Origin: Sulfurovum sp.
Lineage (GTDB): Bacteria; Campylobacterota; Campylobacteria; Campylobacterales; Sulfurovaceae
Direction: 5' to 3'
Length of the DNA stretch: 58,970 bases
NCBI GenBank assembly: GCA_027012955.1
Contig: JALUYL010000047.1
Location: forward strand, 1-58,970
In this document: positions 40,413 to 49,538 of the stretch, one piece after another
Numbering within the stretch: position 1 is the first letter of the stretch
Layout of the letters: every line of letters begins with the position of its first letter
Program-made: the position numbers and the translations under genes
Notes under the pieces: model-generated
Database searches by the model: none
Seen by the model: the letters and a program-made list of their open reading frames with translations, nothing else
What the model was told of the DNA's origin: nothing

Positions 40413-41496
40413 ATTCTTCCTTTTTTATTAAATAATCTAACACAGTATAAACAGTATTAACACTAACAGCATTACCTGCTTGTTTGTATAGTTGATGATT
40501 GCTTACACCTGCTTCACTAGAATTCAAAAAGAACCCCTTATCAAAACCTTGTAACTTTAATGTCTCCCAAGGTGTTAGTTTCCGAATTTTATGTGTAGCT
40601 TCTTCATCTTTTGAAAAATCATTTTTTAAATAACTCTCTTGACATTCACAGTCAAGAAATTCTTGTGAATAATAATTATCTTGACATGCTCTATGCATTT
40701 TAACCATAGTTGCAGTTAATGGTCTAGCAATCATTTGATTTATTTTCGAATTTGACTTAAAGTTTTTTGTACCATTAGAAAGTATGGTTGGTTTTATTTT
40801 TTCAGAAAGATAATACTTGTCTTCAACTTTATGCGTGTCAAGTATTCCATCCATAACACTTTCATATGTATTTATACTTCTATCTCTTATTTCTTGAAAA
40901 TGCATTTTTATTAAGTCTGCTTCAAATTTAATTTCACTACTATCTAAATCATCTCTCGTTGCAAAGATATACAATCTTCTTCTATGTTGAGGCAACCCAA
41001 AATCTGAAGTATTTAAAATACCTTCTTGGACATTATAGCCATGATCTTCAAGTTCTTTTTTCAATCGTTTATATGTACTACCTTTGTCATGTGTGTAAAG
41101 GTTCCGTACATTCTCAAGCAAAATATATTTAGGTTTTTTTATATCAACTATCTTCATTACAGAAAAAAAGAGTCCACCTCTATCATCTTCGAGTCCAAGC
41201 TGTTTACCCATCATACTAAAAGGTTGACAAGGAAACCCACCAAATAACATATCAAAATTAGGCAAATCTTTGACTTTATTGTTGTCACTAACAAACTCTT
41301 CGATATCCCCTATTTCTATTTCATTATCTGTATTATAATTAGCCTTATAAGATGTAACCGCATATTTATCAATTTCTGCAAAGGCAACACATTCTGATTT
41401 CATATTTAAATCATCAGATAAAAGTTCCATGGCTCTTCTAAAACCACCTATCCCTGAAAATAAATCTATATACTTTAATTTTTTGCTATTCATCAA
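40402..41496 (-). CDS. DNA (cytosine-5)-methyltransferase
   Basis: DLFSGIGG, GFPCQPFS, ENV, Q.RRR, QAGNAV. Confidence 0.96.
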   Translation of the reverse strand: MMNSKKLKYIDLFSGIGGFRRAMELLSDDLNMKSECVAFAEIDKYAVTSYKANYNTDNEIEIGDIEEFVSDNNKVKDLPNFDMLFGGFPCQPFSMMGKQLGLEDDRGGLFFSVMKIVDIKKPKYILLENVRNLYTHDKGSTYKRLKKELEDHGYNVQEGILNTSDFGLPQHRRRLYIFATRDDLDSSEIKFEADLIKMHFQEIRDRSINTYESVMDGILDTHKVEDKYYLSEKIKPTILSNGTKNFKSNSKINQMIARPLTATMVKMHRACQDNYYSQEFLDCECQESYLKNDFSKDEEATHKIRKLTPWETLKLQGFDKGFFLNSSEAGVSNHQLYKQAGNAVSVNTVYTVLDYLIKKEEYVL

Positions 41497-42889
41497 TCTC
41501 TCCTACATACTTCATGATACTATTGCCTATAACTTCTGCTAACTTTACGGGTACAGCATTGCCAATCTGTGCATACCAATTATTATTTGACCCCATAAAT
41601 ACAAAATCATCTGGAAAAGTTTGTATTCTTGCTGCCTCTCTTGGACTTAGTCCTCTAGGTTCTGTAGGGTGTATATACATATTGCAATCATGCTTCATAT
41701 GTGAAGTAATAGTTTTAGAGTGCTTCTGTTCATTTAATTTAAAATATTTATCTTTAAACATATGGTTTCTACTTGTATATGGCATGATATCTTTGATAGA
41801 TTCATGCAAAGAATTTGCTCCTTGTGGAAGCCTTGAAAAAATTTCAATATCTCTATCGTTATTATAACGATTTATGTGATTAGACAAATAAAAAACATTA
41901 TCCTTGTTTATAAAATTTGTAAATGTAGTTGTCTGTATTTTAAACTTTTTAAATTTATATCCAATATCTTCATTTTCTAGTTTCCCTGCATTCTTCACTT
42001 TTTTAGGCAGTAAAGCAGGTAAACCTTCTAATGCATTTTTTAGCATAAAGGAATCGTTCAATATTTTTTTACTCAAAATATCTAAAACTATTTTTGATGC
42101 TTCAATATCTTTTATTCTACTACCAATAACAAATACCCGTTCTCTATTTTGAGGTATATTAAAATCTTTTGCATTTAATAGTACTATTTCAATAGTATAA
42201 TTATCACCTACTTTTTGTAAAAAATCATTTTTTATTTCATCAGATTTATTCATCATACCTTTTACATTTTCCATTACGAAAAACTTAGGCTGAACTAAAT
42301 GTAATAATTCCAAGTAATACTTATATAGTTCATTACGAGGATCATCAATAATTGGCTGTCTATTAGCCATAGAAAATCCTTGGCATGGTGGTCCACCGAT
42401 GAAAAGATCTATGTCGTTAAAATTATGTTTATATGACTCATATTCTAATACTAGCTTCTTAATGTCATCACAAAAATAATTTTCTATTGGTAACTCTCTA
42501 TTAAAATAATAACTCTCTAAAAATTTTGCCTCTATTTCATTCACAAATATTGGATTAAAACCTGCTGTCTCCATCCCTAGACTAAGTCCACCACAACCTG
42601 CAAATGTATCAATAAAAGAATGTTTATTTTTAACTTTTTTTTTAGACATAAATTTTTTCAAAATATTCGGCAAGATAGCCTTATGGCAATCAAGTGTTAA
42701 ATATATTTGATTTAATCTTTTCCACTGTTCATCACCTAAATTCATCTTATATTTTGCATCTAAATGTATAATATTTGAATTAGATAGAATAATTTTTTCT
42801 AACTCCAAAAGCTTTGTAATATCTATGATAAGTTGTTTTATTTTAACTTTATAATTTTTATTAAAAAACTGATAATAAAACTCTATCAT
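41486..42889 (-). CDS. DNA (cytosine-5)-methyltransferase with about 80-aa N-terminal extension
   Basis: DTFAGCGG, GGPPCQGFS, ENV, QNRER, QIGNAVP; GAGGAG RBS before 42889. Confidence 0.96.
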   Translation of the reverse strand: MIEFYYQFFNKNYKVKIKQLIIDITKLLELEKIILSNSNIIHLDAKYKMNLGDEQWKRLNQIYLTLDCHKAILPNILKKFMSKKKVKNKHSFIDTFAGCGGLSLGMETAGFNPIFVNEIEAKFLESYYFNRELPIENYFCDDIKKLVLEYESYKHNFNDIDLFIGGPPCQGFSMANRQPIIDDPRNELYKYYLELLHLVQPKFFVMENVKGMMNKSDEIKNDFLQKVGDNYTIEIVLLNAKDFNIPQNRERVFVIGSRIKDIEASKIVLDILSKKILNDSFMLKNALEGLPALLPKKVKNAGKLENEDIGYKFKKFKIQTTTFTNFINKDNVFYLSNHINRYNNDRDIEIFSRLPQGANSLHESIKDIMPYTSRNHMFKDKYFKLNEQKHSKTITSHMKHDCNMYIHPTEPRGLSPREAARIQTFPDDFVFMGSNNNWYAQIGNAVPVKLAEVIGNSIMKYVGEIDE

Positions 42890-42969
42890 GAATAACTCCT
42901 CTTATAATAAAAAGATTATACTTATTTTTTAATGTATCTACCTGAAAATCTTTCAAATTGTCATACTTT

Positions 42970-43515
42970 TCAAATCCAAGGTAACAAAGTCTCTACTTGC
43001 AAGCCCATCGCTGTACTCTCATACCCATCAACTGATTTTATATACTTTTTACAAAAGCCTTCTACCATACATCCACCAGCCTTGCCTTGCCAAATTCCAC
43101 TTTCTAAATAGGCTTCCAAATCCTCTTCTTCAAAGGTACTAAAGTGATAGTATGTAGCAGAGATATCTGAAAAAGCCAAAGTTTTTGAACGGTAATGCAG
43201 TGAAGAGATAATAGAGATAGTAGAGCCACTCTGCATGTTTAAAATACGTCTGGCGTCATCCACGTTTTTAGCTTTACGCAAAATCGTTCCATCATGTGCA
43301 GCAATGACTGTATCTGCACATAGTAAAGGTGTTTCGAGTCCAAACTCTCGTATGGCAGCTTCTAGCTTGCCTTTACTCGCGGTATAGACAAAGTCTTTAG
43401 CTATGGTTGTGGTGATTTGTTCTTCATCATAGTCTGGTGATTTCTGCGTGAAATCTACACCAAAATTATTGAGAAGTAGTGCACGCGATTCTGAATTTGA
43501 AGCAAGATGTATCAT
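42970..43515 (-). CDS. maf: Maf family nucleotide pyrophosphatase
   Basis: LASNSESR, ADTV, KAGG, MGL. Confidence 0.94.
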   Translation of the reverse strand: MIHLASNSESRALLLNNFGVDFTQKSPDYDEEQITTTIAKDFVYTASKGKLEAAIREFGLETPLLCADTVIAAHDGTILRKAKNVDDARRILNMQSGSTISIISSLHYRSKTLAFSDISATYYHFSTFEEEDLEAYLESGIWQGKAGGCMVEGFCKKYIKSVDGYESTAMGLQVETLLPWI

Positions 43516-43524
43516 GAGCCACTC

Positions 43525-43594
43525 GTAGGGTGTTGTCCCACGACAACACCAAAAGTATTGACCATTAAGGTGTTGGAATAATGTAACACCCTAC
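43525..43594. repeat. REPIN-like doublet: two inverted GTAG-type REPs (43525-43550 and 43569-43594)
   Basis: GTAG-GGTGTTGTC-CCAC-GACAACACC (+) and GTAG-GGTGTT-N10-AACACC (-). Confidence 0.8.
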
Positions 43595-44118
43595 AGTCCC
43601 CTAAGCGCTACACCCATCCAAAGAGCAATAAGTCCTAACACAATATTCAATGGTAAAAGCACATTTGCCATCCACTTCATTCTCGCTTTGGCTTCTTTTA
43701 CTTGCCCTTGGTTAAACATTTTCCATGCAGAAGAGCGTTTATAGTACATAAAAGTATAATTCACAGCCATAATCGTCCAGATGATTTCTTTGGAGACAAA
43801 TAATGTCTTAAGCGCACCATGATGTCCACCCAATGATACTGCCATAATAAGCCCCGTAGCAAACGAAATAATGATAAAAGGCATCACCAAATTAAACAAT
43901 CTTCCAACTGTCTGCATGGTAATCCCTAGTCTTTGTTTAGGTTCTAAAATATCTGCTATTTTATGACTCAAGAGCATTTGGGCATCTGTCACACCCCCAC
44001 GTGCAATAACAGGATGTACCGCTACACGCATCGCTATCATACCCCCTACCCAGACAAAAGCAGAAAGCACATGTAAAAAAACCAATATATTTCCGTAGTT
44101 TCCGAAAAATTCACCCAT
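43591..44118 (-). CDS. CopD-like integral membrane protein
   Basis: FLHVLSAFVWVGGM, 4 TM segments. Confidence 0.8.
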   Translation of the reverse strand: MGEFFGNYGNILVFLHVLSAFVWVGGMIAMRVAVHPVIARGGVTDAQMLLSHKIADILEPKQRLGITMQTVGRLFNLVMPFIIISFATGLIMAVSLGGHHGALKTLFVSKEIIWTIMAVNYTFMYYKRSSAWKMFNQGQVKEAKARMKWMANVLLPLNIVLGLIALWMGVALRGL

Positions 44119-46676
44119 TATAGATTTTCCTCCAAATACGCTAGTGCTTTTTGGGTCGCTTCACCTATCTTAGATGCATCTTTCCCTCCAGCTTGAGCAA
44201 AGTCTGGACGACCTCCCCCACCACCACCAAGAATAGGTGCTATCTCTTTGATCCAGTTTCCTGCTTTAATGTTTGTCTCTTTGGAACCACAGGCTATCAT
44301 CACTTTGTCACCCTTCTTTTGGAAAAGCATAATGGCAATGTTGGGGTACTTGTTTTTTGCTTCATCAATGAGCTCTTTAATATCCCCAGTCTCTACCTCT
44401 TCTACGATGACATGTGCCCCTTTGAGCTCTGTAGCACTTAACTCTTTTTTCGTTGCAGACTGTGCGGCTTGCACCTCAGATTTGAGTGTTTTTATCTGCT
44501 CTTTGAGTTTGGCTATACCTGCTAAAGGGTTGACATTTTTAAGTTCAGTTTTTATCTCTTTTAATTCATTTCTCATGGCAAAGACTCTTTTAAATGCCTC
44601 TGTACCACACACCGCTTCTATACGCCTAACACCCGCAGATACTCCACTCTCTTTGCTAATCATAAACAGCCCTATCTCAACAGCATTGTCTACGTGTGTA
44701 CCTCCACAAAATTCAACGGAGTCTTTTCCTATGCTAACCACACGTACTGTGTCTCCATATTTTTCACCAAACTGTGCTTTGGCTCCCATTTTCTTGGCTT
44801 CTTCTATACTCATTTCTACTGTAGTAGTAGGTGCTTCATGTGAAATTTTACTGTTAACCCAAGCCTCAACCTGTGTTATTTCCTCTTCACTCATCGCTTT
44901 AGGATGAGAGAAATCAAAACGTAATCTGTCTGACTCTACCAAAGAACCCGCCTGAGAGACATGTTCACCCAATATTTCTGACAATGCCGCATGAAGAAGG
45001 TGTGTTGCAGAGTGATGTTTGGCAATTTGTTGTCTTTTACCATCAACCGTAGCCACAACCACGTCACCAACCAATAAATCTCTATGTACCTCAACACGTG
45101 ACAGGTTCATATCGAGGAATTTCTTAGTCTCTTTTACATAGCCACGACCTTCAAGTAAACCAACATCACCTACTTGTCCTCCAGACTCTGCATAAAAAGG
45201 TGTCTTTTCAAGCATGACCCATGCAGTAGTATCTGCTGAAACATGAGGAATCGTTTTAAAATTTTCATCTAAAACGGCAAGTACTTTGGTTTCCACTCGA
45301 ATTTCGTCATATCCCACAAAATCATTGACACCAAAACGCTCTTTTATGAGTTTAAAGTCTCCTGTCGATGTCGCATCACCCGTACCTTTCCAACCAGCCT
45401 TAGACTGTGCTTTTTGTGCATCCATTTTAGAAGTAAAAGCATCCATGTCAAGTTTTATCTCTTTTTCACGTAGCATATCTTCTGTCAAATCAAGAGGGAA
45501 ACCATAGGTATCGTAAAGTTTAAATGCTACTTCACCATTAAAAATATCTTTGGTATTTTTAAGCTCTTCATTAAAAAGTTTTATCCCTGCTTCAATGGTC
45601 ATAAAAAAACGTTCTTCTTCTAGTTTCATAGATGTTTTAATCGCTTCGGCTTTAGAAGTCAAGTAGTCATACTGTCCACCCATTAAGTCGACAAGCGTAT
45701 CTACAAGTTTATACATAAACGGTTCACGAAGCCCCAACAAGTAACCATGACGAATGGCACGACGCATAATACGTCTAAGTACATATCCACGTCCCTCCTT
45801 GTCGAAGTTAACCCCTTGTGCAAGCAAAAATGAACAAGAACGCAAATGATCAGCAATCACTCTGTAAGATGCAGAGTTCGCTGCATCATAGTCATAGGGT
45901 GCTCCTACAAGTTCACCTATCTTGTCTAAAAATGGCATAAAAAGTGACGAGTGATAGTTGTTGAGTTTACCCTCTTTTATGGCAACCACACGCTCTAGTC
46001 CCATACCTGTGTCTATGCTAGGTTTGGGAAGTGGATTGAGTGTGCCTGTCTCATCACGGAAATACTGCATGAAAACCAAGTTCCAAATTTCTAAAAATCT
46101 ATCTCCCTCTCCACCCATTCTGTCTTCTGCTCCATTAAAGTGCTCTTCACCTTGGTCATAAAAGATTTCAGAACATGGTCCACATGGTCCTGTGTCACCC
46201 ATCTGCCAGAAGTTATCGGCGTCTCCAAAACGGACGATACGGTCTTTGGCTATATGCTTACTCCACATCTCTTCTGCTTCATCATCAGAGTCATGTACCG
46301 TTACCCATAGTTTTTCTATAGGGAGATTAAGATATTTTTCTGAAGTAATGAACTCCCATGCGTATGCAATCGCTTCTTCTTTAAAGTAGTCTGCAAAAGA
46401 GAAGTTACCAAGCATCTCAAAGAGTGTATGGTGGCGTGCTGTATAACCTACATTGTCGAGGTCATTATGCTTTCCACCTGCTCTTAGACAAGTCTGGCTT
46501 GATGTTGCGCGAGGTACAGAAGGGATGGGTGCATCGCCTGTAAAAATGTTTTTAAACTGTACCATACCTGCATTGGTAAACATAAGTGTAGCATCGTCTG
46601 GGACAAGTGCTGAAGAAGGTATGAGCTCGTGCCCTTTGCTTTGAAAAAAGTCGAGAAATGATTTTCTAATATCCAT
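44118..46676 (-). CDS. alaS: alanine--tRNA ligase
   Basis: [46 protein letters not shown]. Confidence 0.99.
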   Translation of the reverse strand: MDIRKSFLDFFQSKGHELIPSSALVPDDATLMFTNAGMVQFKNIFTGDAPIPSVPRATSSQTCLRAGGKHNDLDNVGYTARHHTLFEMLGNFSFADYFKEEAIAYAWEFITSEKYLNLPIEKLWVTVHDSDDEAEEMWSKHIAKDRIVRFGDADNFWQMGDTGPCGPCSEIFYDQGEEHFNGAEDRMGGEGDRFLEIWNLVFMQYFRDETGTLNPLPKPSIDTGMGLERVVAIKEGKLNNYHSSLFMPFLDKIGELVGAPYDYDAANSASYRVIADHLRSCSFLLAQGVNFDKEGRGYVLRRIMRRAIRHGYLLGLREPFMYKLVDTLVDLMGGQYDYLTSKAEAIKTSMKLEEERFFMTIEAGIKLFNEELKNTKDIFNGEVAFKLYDTYGFPLDLTEDMLREKEIKLDMDAFTSKMDAQKAQSKAGWKGTGDATSTGDFKLIKERFGVNDFVGYDEIRVETKVLAVLDENFKTIPHVSADTTAWVMLEKTPFYAESGGQVGDVGLLEGRGYVKETKKFLDMNLSRVEVHRDLLVGDVVVATVDGKRQQIAKHHSATHLLHAALSEILGEHVSQAGSLVESDRLRFDFSHPKAMSEEEITQVEAWVNSKISHEAPTTTVEMSIEEAKKMGAKAQFGEKYGDTVRVVSIGKDSVEFCGGTHVDNAVEIGLFMISKESGVSAGVRRIEAVCGTEAFKRVFAMRNELKEIKTELKNVNPLAGIAKLKEQIKTLKSEVQAAQSATKKELSATELKGAHVIVEEVETGDIKELIDEAKNKYPNIAIMLFQKKGDKVMIACGSKETNIKAGNWIKEIAPILGGGGGGRPDFAQAGGKDASKIGEATQKALAYLEENL

Positions 46677-46804
46677 GGGGTTATATCCTAAAAATAAAGA
46701 GGCAGATGCCCCTTGAATTAATTAGAGATATTTTATCTAAAATGTAGTTATTTAAAGATAAAAGACGCGACAGCCATCAAAGTTAATCTATTCAACCCTA
46801 AAGA

Positions 46805-47227
46805 TTAATAATCTATAGTACATACATCTGTTACAAACCAGTCATGATCAAACCCACCTGCATAACCACCTGCACCTACATAATCTCCAGTAAATCCAAT
46901 AAATCCACTTGTGCAATCATACAATAATCCATTGACACCATTATAATACGCATCCTCTATATGCAAATCATCATTGATTTGTGGTAAATAAAAATCACAT
47001 GAATCGCCATAAGGATCAAAATAATATCCTCCCGAAGGATCTGTCACACCATGTTCTCCAGAAAGACAATCATATCCTATGCCACTTACGGGAGCACCAA
47101 AAGAATCTGTAAGATAATTCATATCAACCGCATGAGGAGAATCACTCCCCCCTCCGCTGCCACAACCACTCAATCCTATCACCGCCAATACCGAAAACAC
47201 TAAAACACTCAACTTTTTCATAGTCAC
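46805..47227 (-). CDS. hypothetical lipoprotein with internal duplication
   Basis: Lipobox LSGC; two repeats of D..G..V.G..YDC.SG..G.T..GG...D.C. Confidence 0.8.
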   Translation of the reverse strand: MTMKKLSVLVFSVLAVIGLSGCGSGGGSDSPHAVDMNYLTDSFGAPVSGIGYDCLSGEHGVTDPSGGYYFDPYGDSCDFYLPQINDDLHIEDAYYNGVNGLLYDCTSGFIGFTGDYVGAGGYAGGFDHDWFVTDVCTIDY

Positions 47228-47267
47228 TCCTCAATCTAAATATGAGGAACTATAATCTAAAATCGTG

Positions 47268-48275
47268 TTAGATTTGTGTTAAAAGATTTGCAATTTCCTG
47301 ACTTCCATGATTTTCTACGATATTCATAAGCCCTTGACTTCTCTTTGCTAAATCTACGTCAAGTAGCGCTACTACTTTCTTTTTATCTATCTCATTTTCT
47401 CTCATCATCCATGCTAAGTCTTTTTCTACTAAAAACTGTGCATTGTAAAACTGATGGTCTTTTGCAGCGTACGGATACGGTATATAGAGTGTCGGTACAG
47501 CTGTAGCTGAAAGCTCCCAGAGTGTAGACGCTCCTGAACGCGCTATGGCAAAGTCTGCTTCATTCATGTACTCCGCCAGTTTTGTGGTAAAGCCAAAAAC
47601 TTCTGCTTCTATGCCCAAGTCTTCGTAGGCTGCTTGGACTTCAGTGATGTTGTTAACTCCTGCTTGGTGGATGATACGTATGCCTTTTTCTTTCAAAGTA
47701 GGTGCCAACTGCACAGCCAAAGTGTTGATAGCCCTTGCCCCTTGTGAACCACCTAAAAAGATAATAGTCTTGACCTTACTTCGCACATGTGCATTGTCAA
47801 AAAAGATTTGTTTAATAGGATACGCTTTGATAGGACTCTCCTCCAAATAAGATGAGATGAAGTGTGTCGCGTAGGGTTTAAGCAGTTTATTTAACGAACC
47901 TAGCGCTGCATTTTGTTCATGTATTACAAGTGGCGTACGGGTAAGTTTGGCTGCAAATGCCATGGGTGCTGCTGAAAATCCCCCCACAGAAAAAACCACT
48001 GAAGCCTTATGTTTACGCAAGATACCCATAGCCTGCCACGTTGCCTGTGCCATCATAAAGAGTGATTTGACTTTGCCAAGCAAGCCTTGATTGACCACAC
48101 CACGTGTGTCAAAAAAGTATTTTTCAGAAAAATCGTCATCGTGTTCAAACCACTGCTTGTCTTGTCCTTTAGTCGAACCTACATAAATGAGTGTTTGATG
48201 TTCTAATGCCTCTTTTACAGCTTTTATGATGGTCAAATGTCCACCCGTTCCCCCACCTGTCATGATAATACTCAT
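47268..48275 (-). CDS. murG: undecaprenyldiphospho-muramoylpentapeptide beta-N-acetylglucosaminyltransferase
   Basis: GGGTGGH, HEQN, GGSQGA, RSGAST, HQ..NA. Confidence 0.98.
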   Translation of the reverse strand: MSIIMTGGGTGGHLTIIKAVKEALEHQTLIYVGSTKGQDKQWFEHDDDFSEKYFFDTRGVVNQGLLGKVKSLFMMAQATWQAMGILRKHKASVVFSVGGFSAAPMAFAAKLTRTPLVIHEQNAALGSLNKLLKPYATHFISSYLEESPIKAYPIKQIFFDNAHVRSKVKTIIFLGGSQGARAINTLAVQLAPTLKEKGIRIIHQAGVNNITEVQAAYEDLGIEAEVFGFTTKLAEYMNEADFAIARSGASTLWELSATAVPTLYIPYPYAAKDHQFYNAQFLVEKDLAWMMRENEIDKKKVVALLDVDLAKRSQGLMNIVENHGSQEIANLLTQI

Positions 48276-49453
48276 CGCATCCGTCCTTTACTGTCTCTTG
48301 GTACTTTTTTTGAAATCATAAGCACCATACCCATCGCTACCGATGCTGCCAAGATGTGTGAGCCTCCATAACTTAAAAAAGGTACTGCAATCCCCTTAAT
48401 AGGCGTAATACCTGAGATACCATAAGAGTTCAATATAAATGATGCAGCAAAAAGTAAGCCTACCCCGATGGAAAAAAGGTAATGCATAGGGTTTTGCACC
48501 CTTGACGCAATCTTAAAAATGCGAAACACGATAAACAAAACTGTAAATGTCACAAACACTAAACCTAAAAAGCCTAACTCTTCGGTGATACCTGCCAAGA
48601 TAAAGTCCGTATGTACTTCCGACAAATACCCTAGCTTAAACTGCCCATTACCTAAACCTTCTCCCCAAAATCCTCCGTTATGGATAGCATTGAGTGAATT
48701 TGAGATTTGGTAGGGTTCTTTGCTTACTTCTATACGCAAGTTTTGTACCGCTTCAAAAGGTAAAAAGTCTAAGATACCATCTTGTACTGTTCCCCACCAT
48801 GACTTAATACGTGCGATGCGGTGTGGTGCGAAAAATATCAACCCCACAAACCCCACAAAAACCAAAGAGATAACACTAAAAAAGAACTTTTTGGAACTCC
48901 CTGCAAAGATAAACAGTACCATGAGTGTGGCACCAAGTACCACCACTTGACCCAAGTCTTTTTGAAACACAGCGATAATCACTACCGTCACGAAAAACAC
49001 TAAGAGATAAGGTGCATACGCTCTTAACTCTTGCCAAAATGCCATTTTCCCTTGGTTAAGCAATTTACGCGAAAAACTCCATGCTATAAAAAAGACAAAC
49101 CCTATCTTAAAAAACTCTACAGGGGCTACGGAGACAGGACCTAAGCGTATCCACCTCTTAGCACCTCCGACTGCATGGACTAAAGATGAAGGCAAAAACT
49201 GCATAGATATCATCGCTAAAGAAGAGAGTATAAAAAGGGTGAGTCCTACAGAAACAAGCCATTTGTTAGGGTCAAGTTTACTAAGAAAAACCATAGCCAT
49301 TAAGCCCATAAAAACAAACATACCTTGGCGCATAAAAAAATGAAATGGTGTATAGTCAAAGTGTATTACTGTGTAGACCGATAAGGAGTAGCTCATCACT
49401 AACGACAAGGTAAGCAGTGCAACGACTCCTGCTAAAAGTGCTTTATCTATCAT
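48272..49453 (-). CDS. ftsW: cell division SEDS protein FtsW
   Basis: GAKRWI, EFFK, QKDLG, LSEVHTDF, PFLSYGGS; ATG 49453 preferred. Confidence 0.93.
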   Translation of the reverse strand: MIDKALLAGVVALLTLSLVMSYSLSVYTVIHFDYTPFHFFMRQGMFVFMGLMAMVFLSKLDPNKWLVSVGLTLFILSSLAMISMQFLPSSLVHAVGGAKRWIRLGPVSVAPVEFFKIGFVFFIAWSFSRKLLNQGKMAFWQELRAYAPYLLVFFVTVVIIAVFQKDLGQVVVLGATLMVLFIFAGSSKKFFFSVISLVFVGFVGLIFFAPHRIARIKSWWGTVQDGILDFLPFEAVQNLRIEVSKEPYQISNSLNAIHNGGFWGEGLGNGQFKLGYLSEVHTDFILAGITEELGFLGLVFVTFTVLFIVFRIFKIASRVQNPMHYLFSIGVGLLFAASFILNSYGISGITPIKGIAVPFLSYGGSHILAASVAMGMVLMISKKVPRDSKGRMR

Positions 49454-49538
49454 CTCATTCTCTTTCCTAAGGGAAACCCTAATATTAAATAGTATTTTAC
49501 CCAGTTTATAGATAAATTTGTATAAAATACAGTTCATT

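Noticed and set aside
44248-44907. 219-aa plus-strand ORF
   Set aside because: Antisense to alaS
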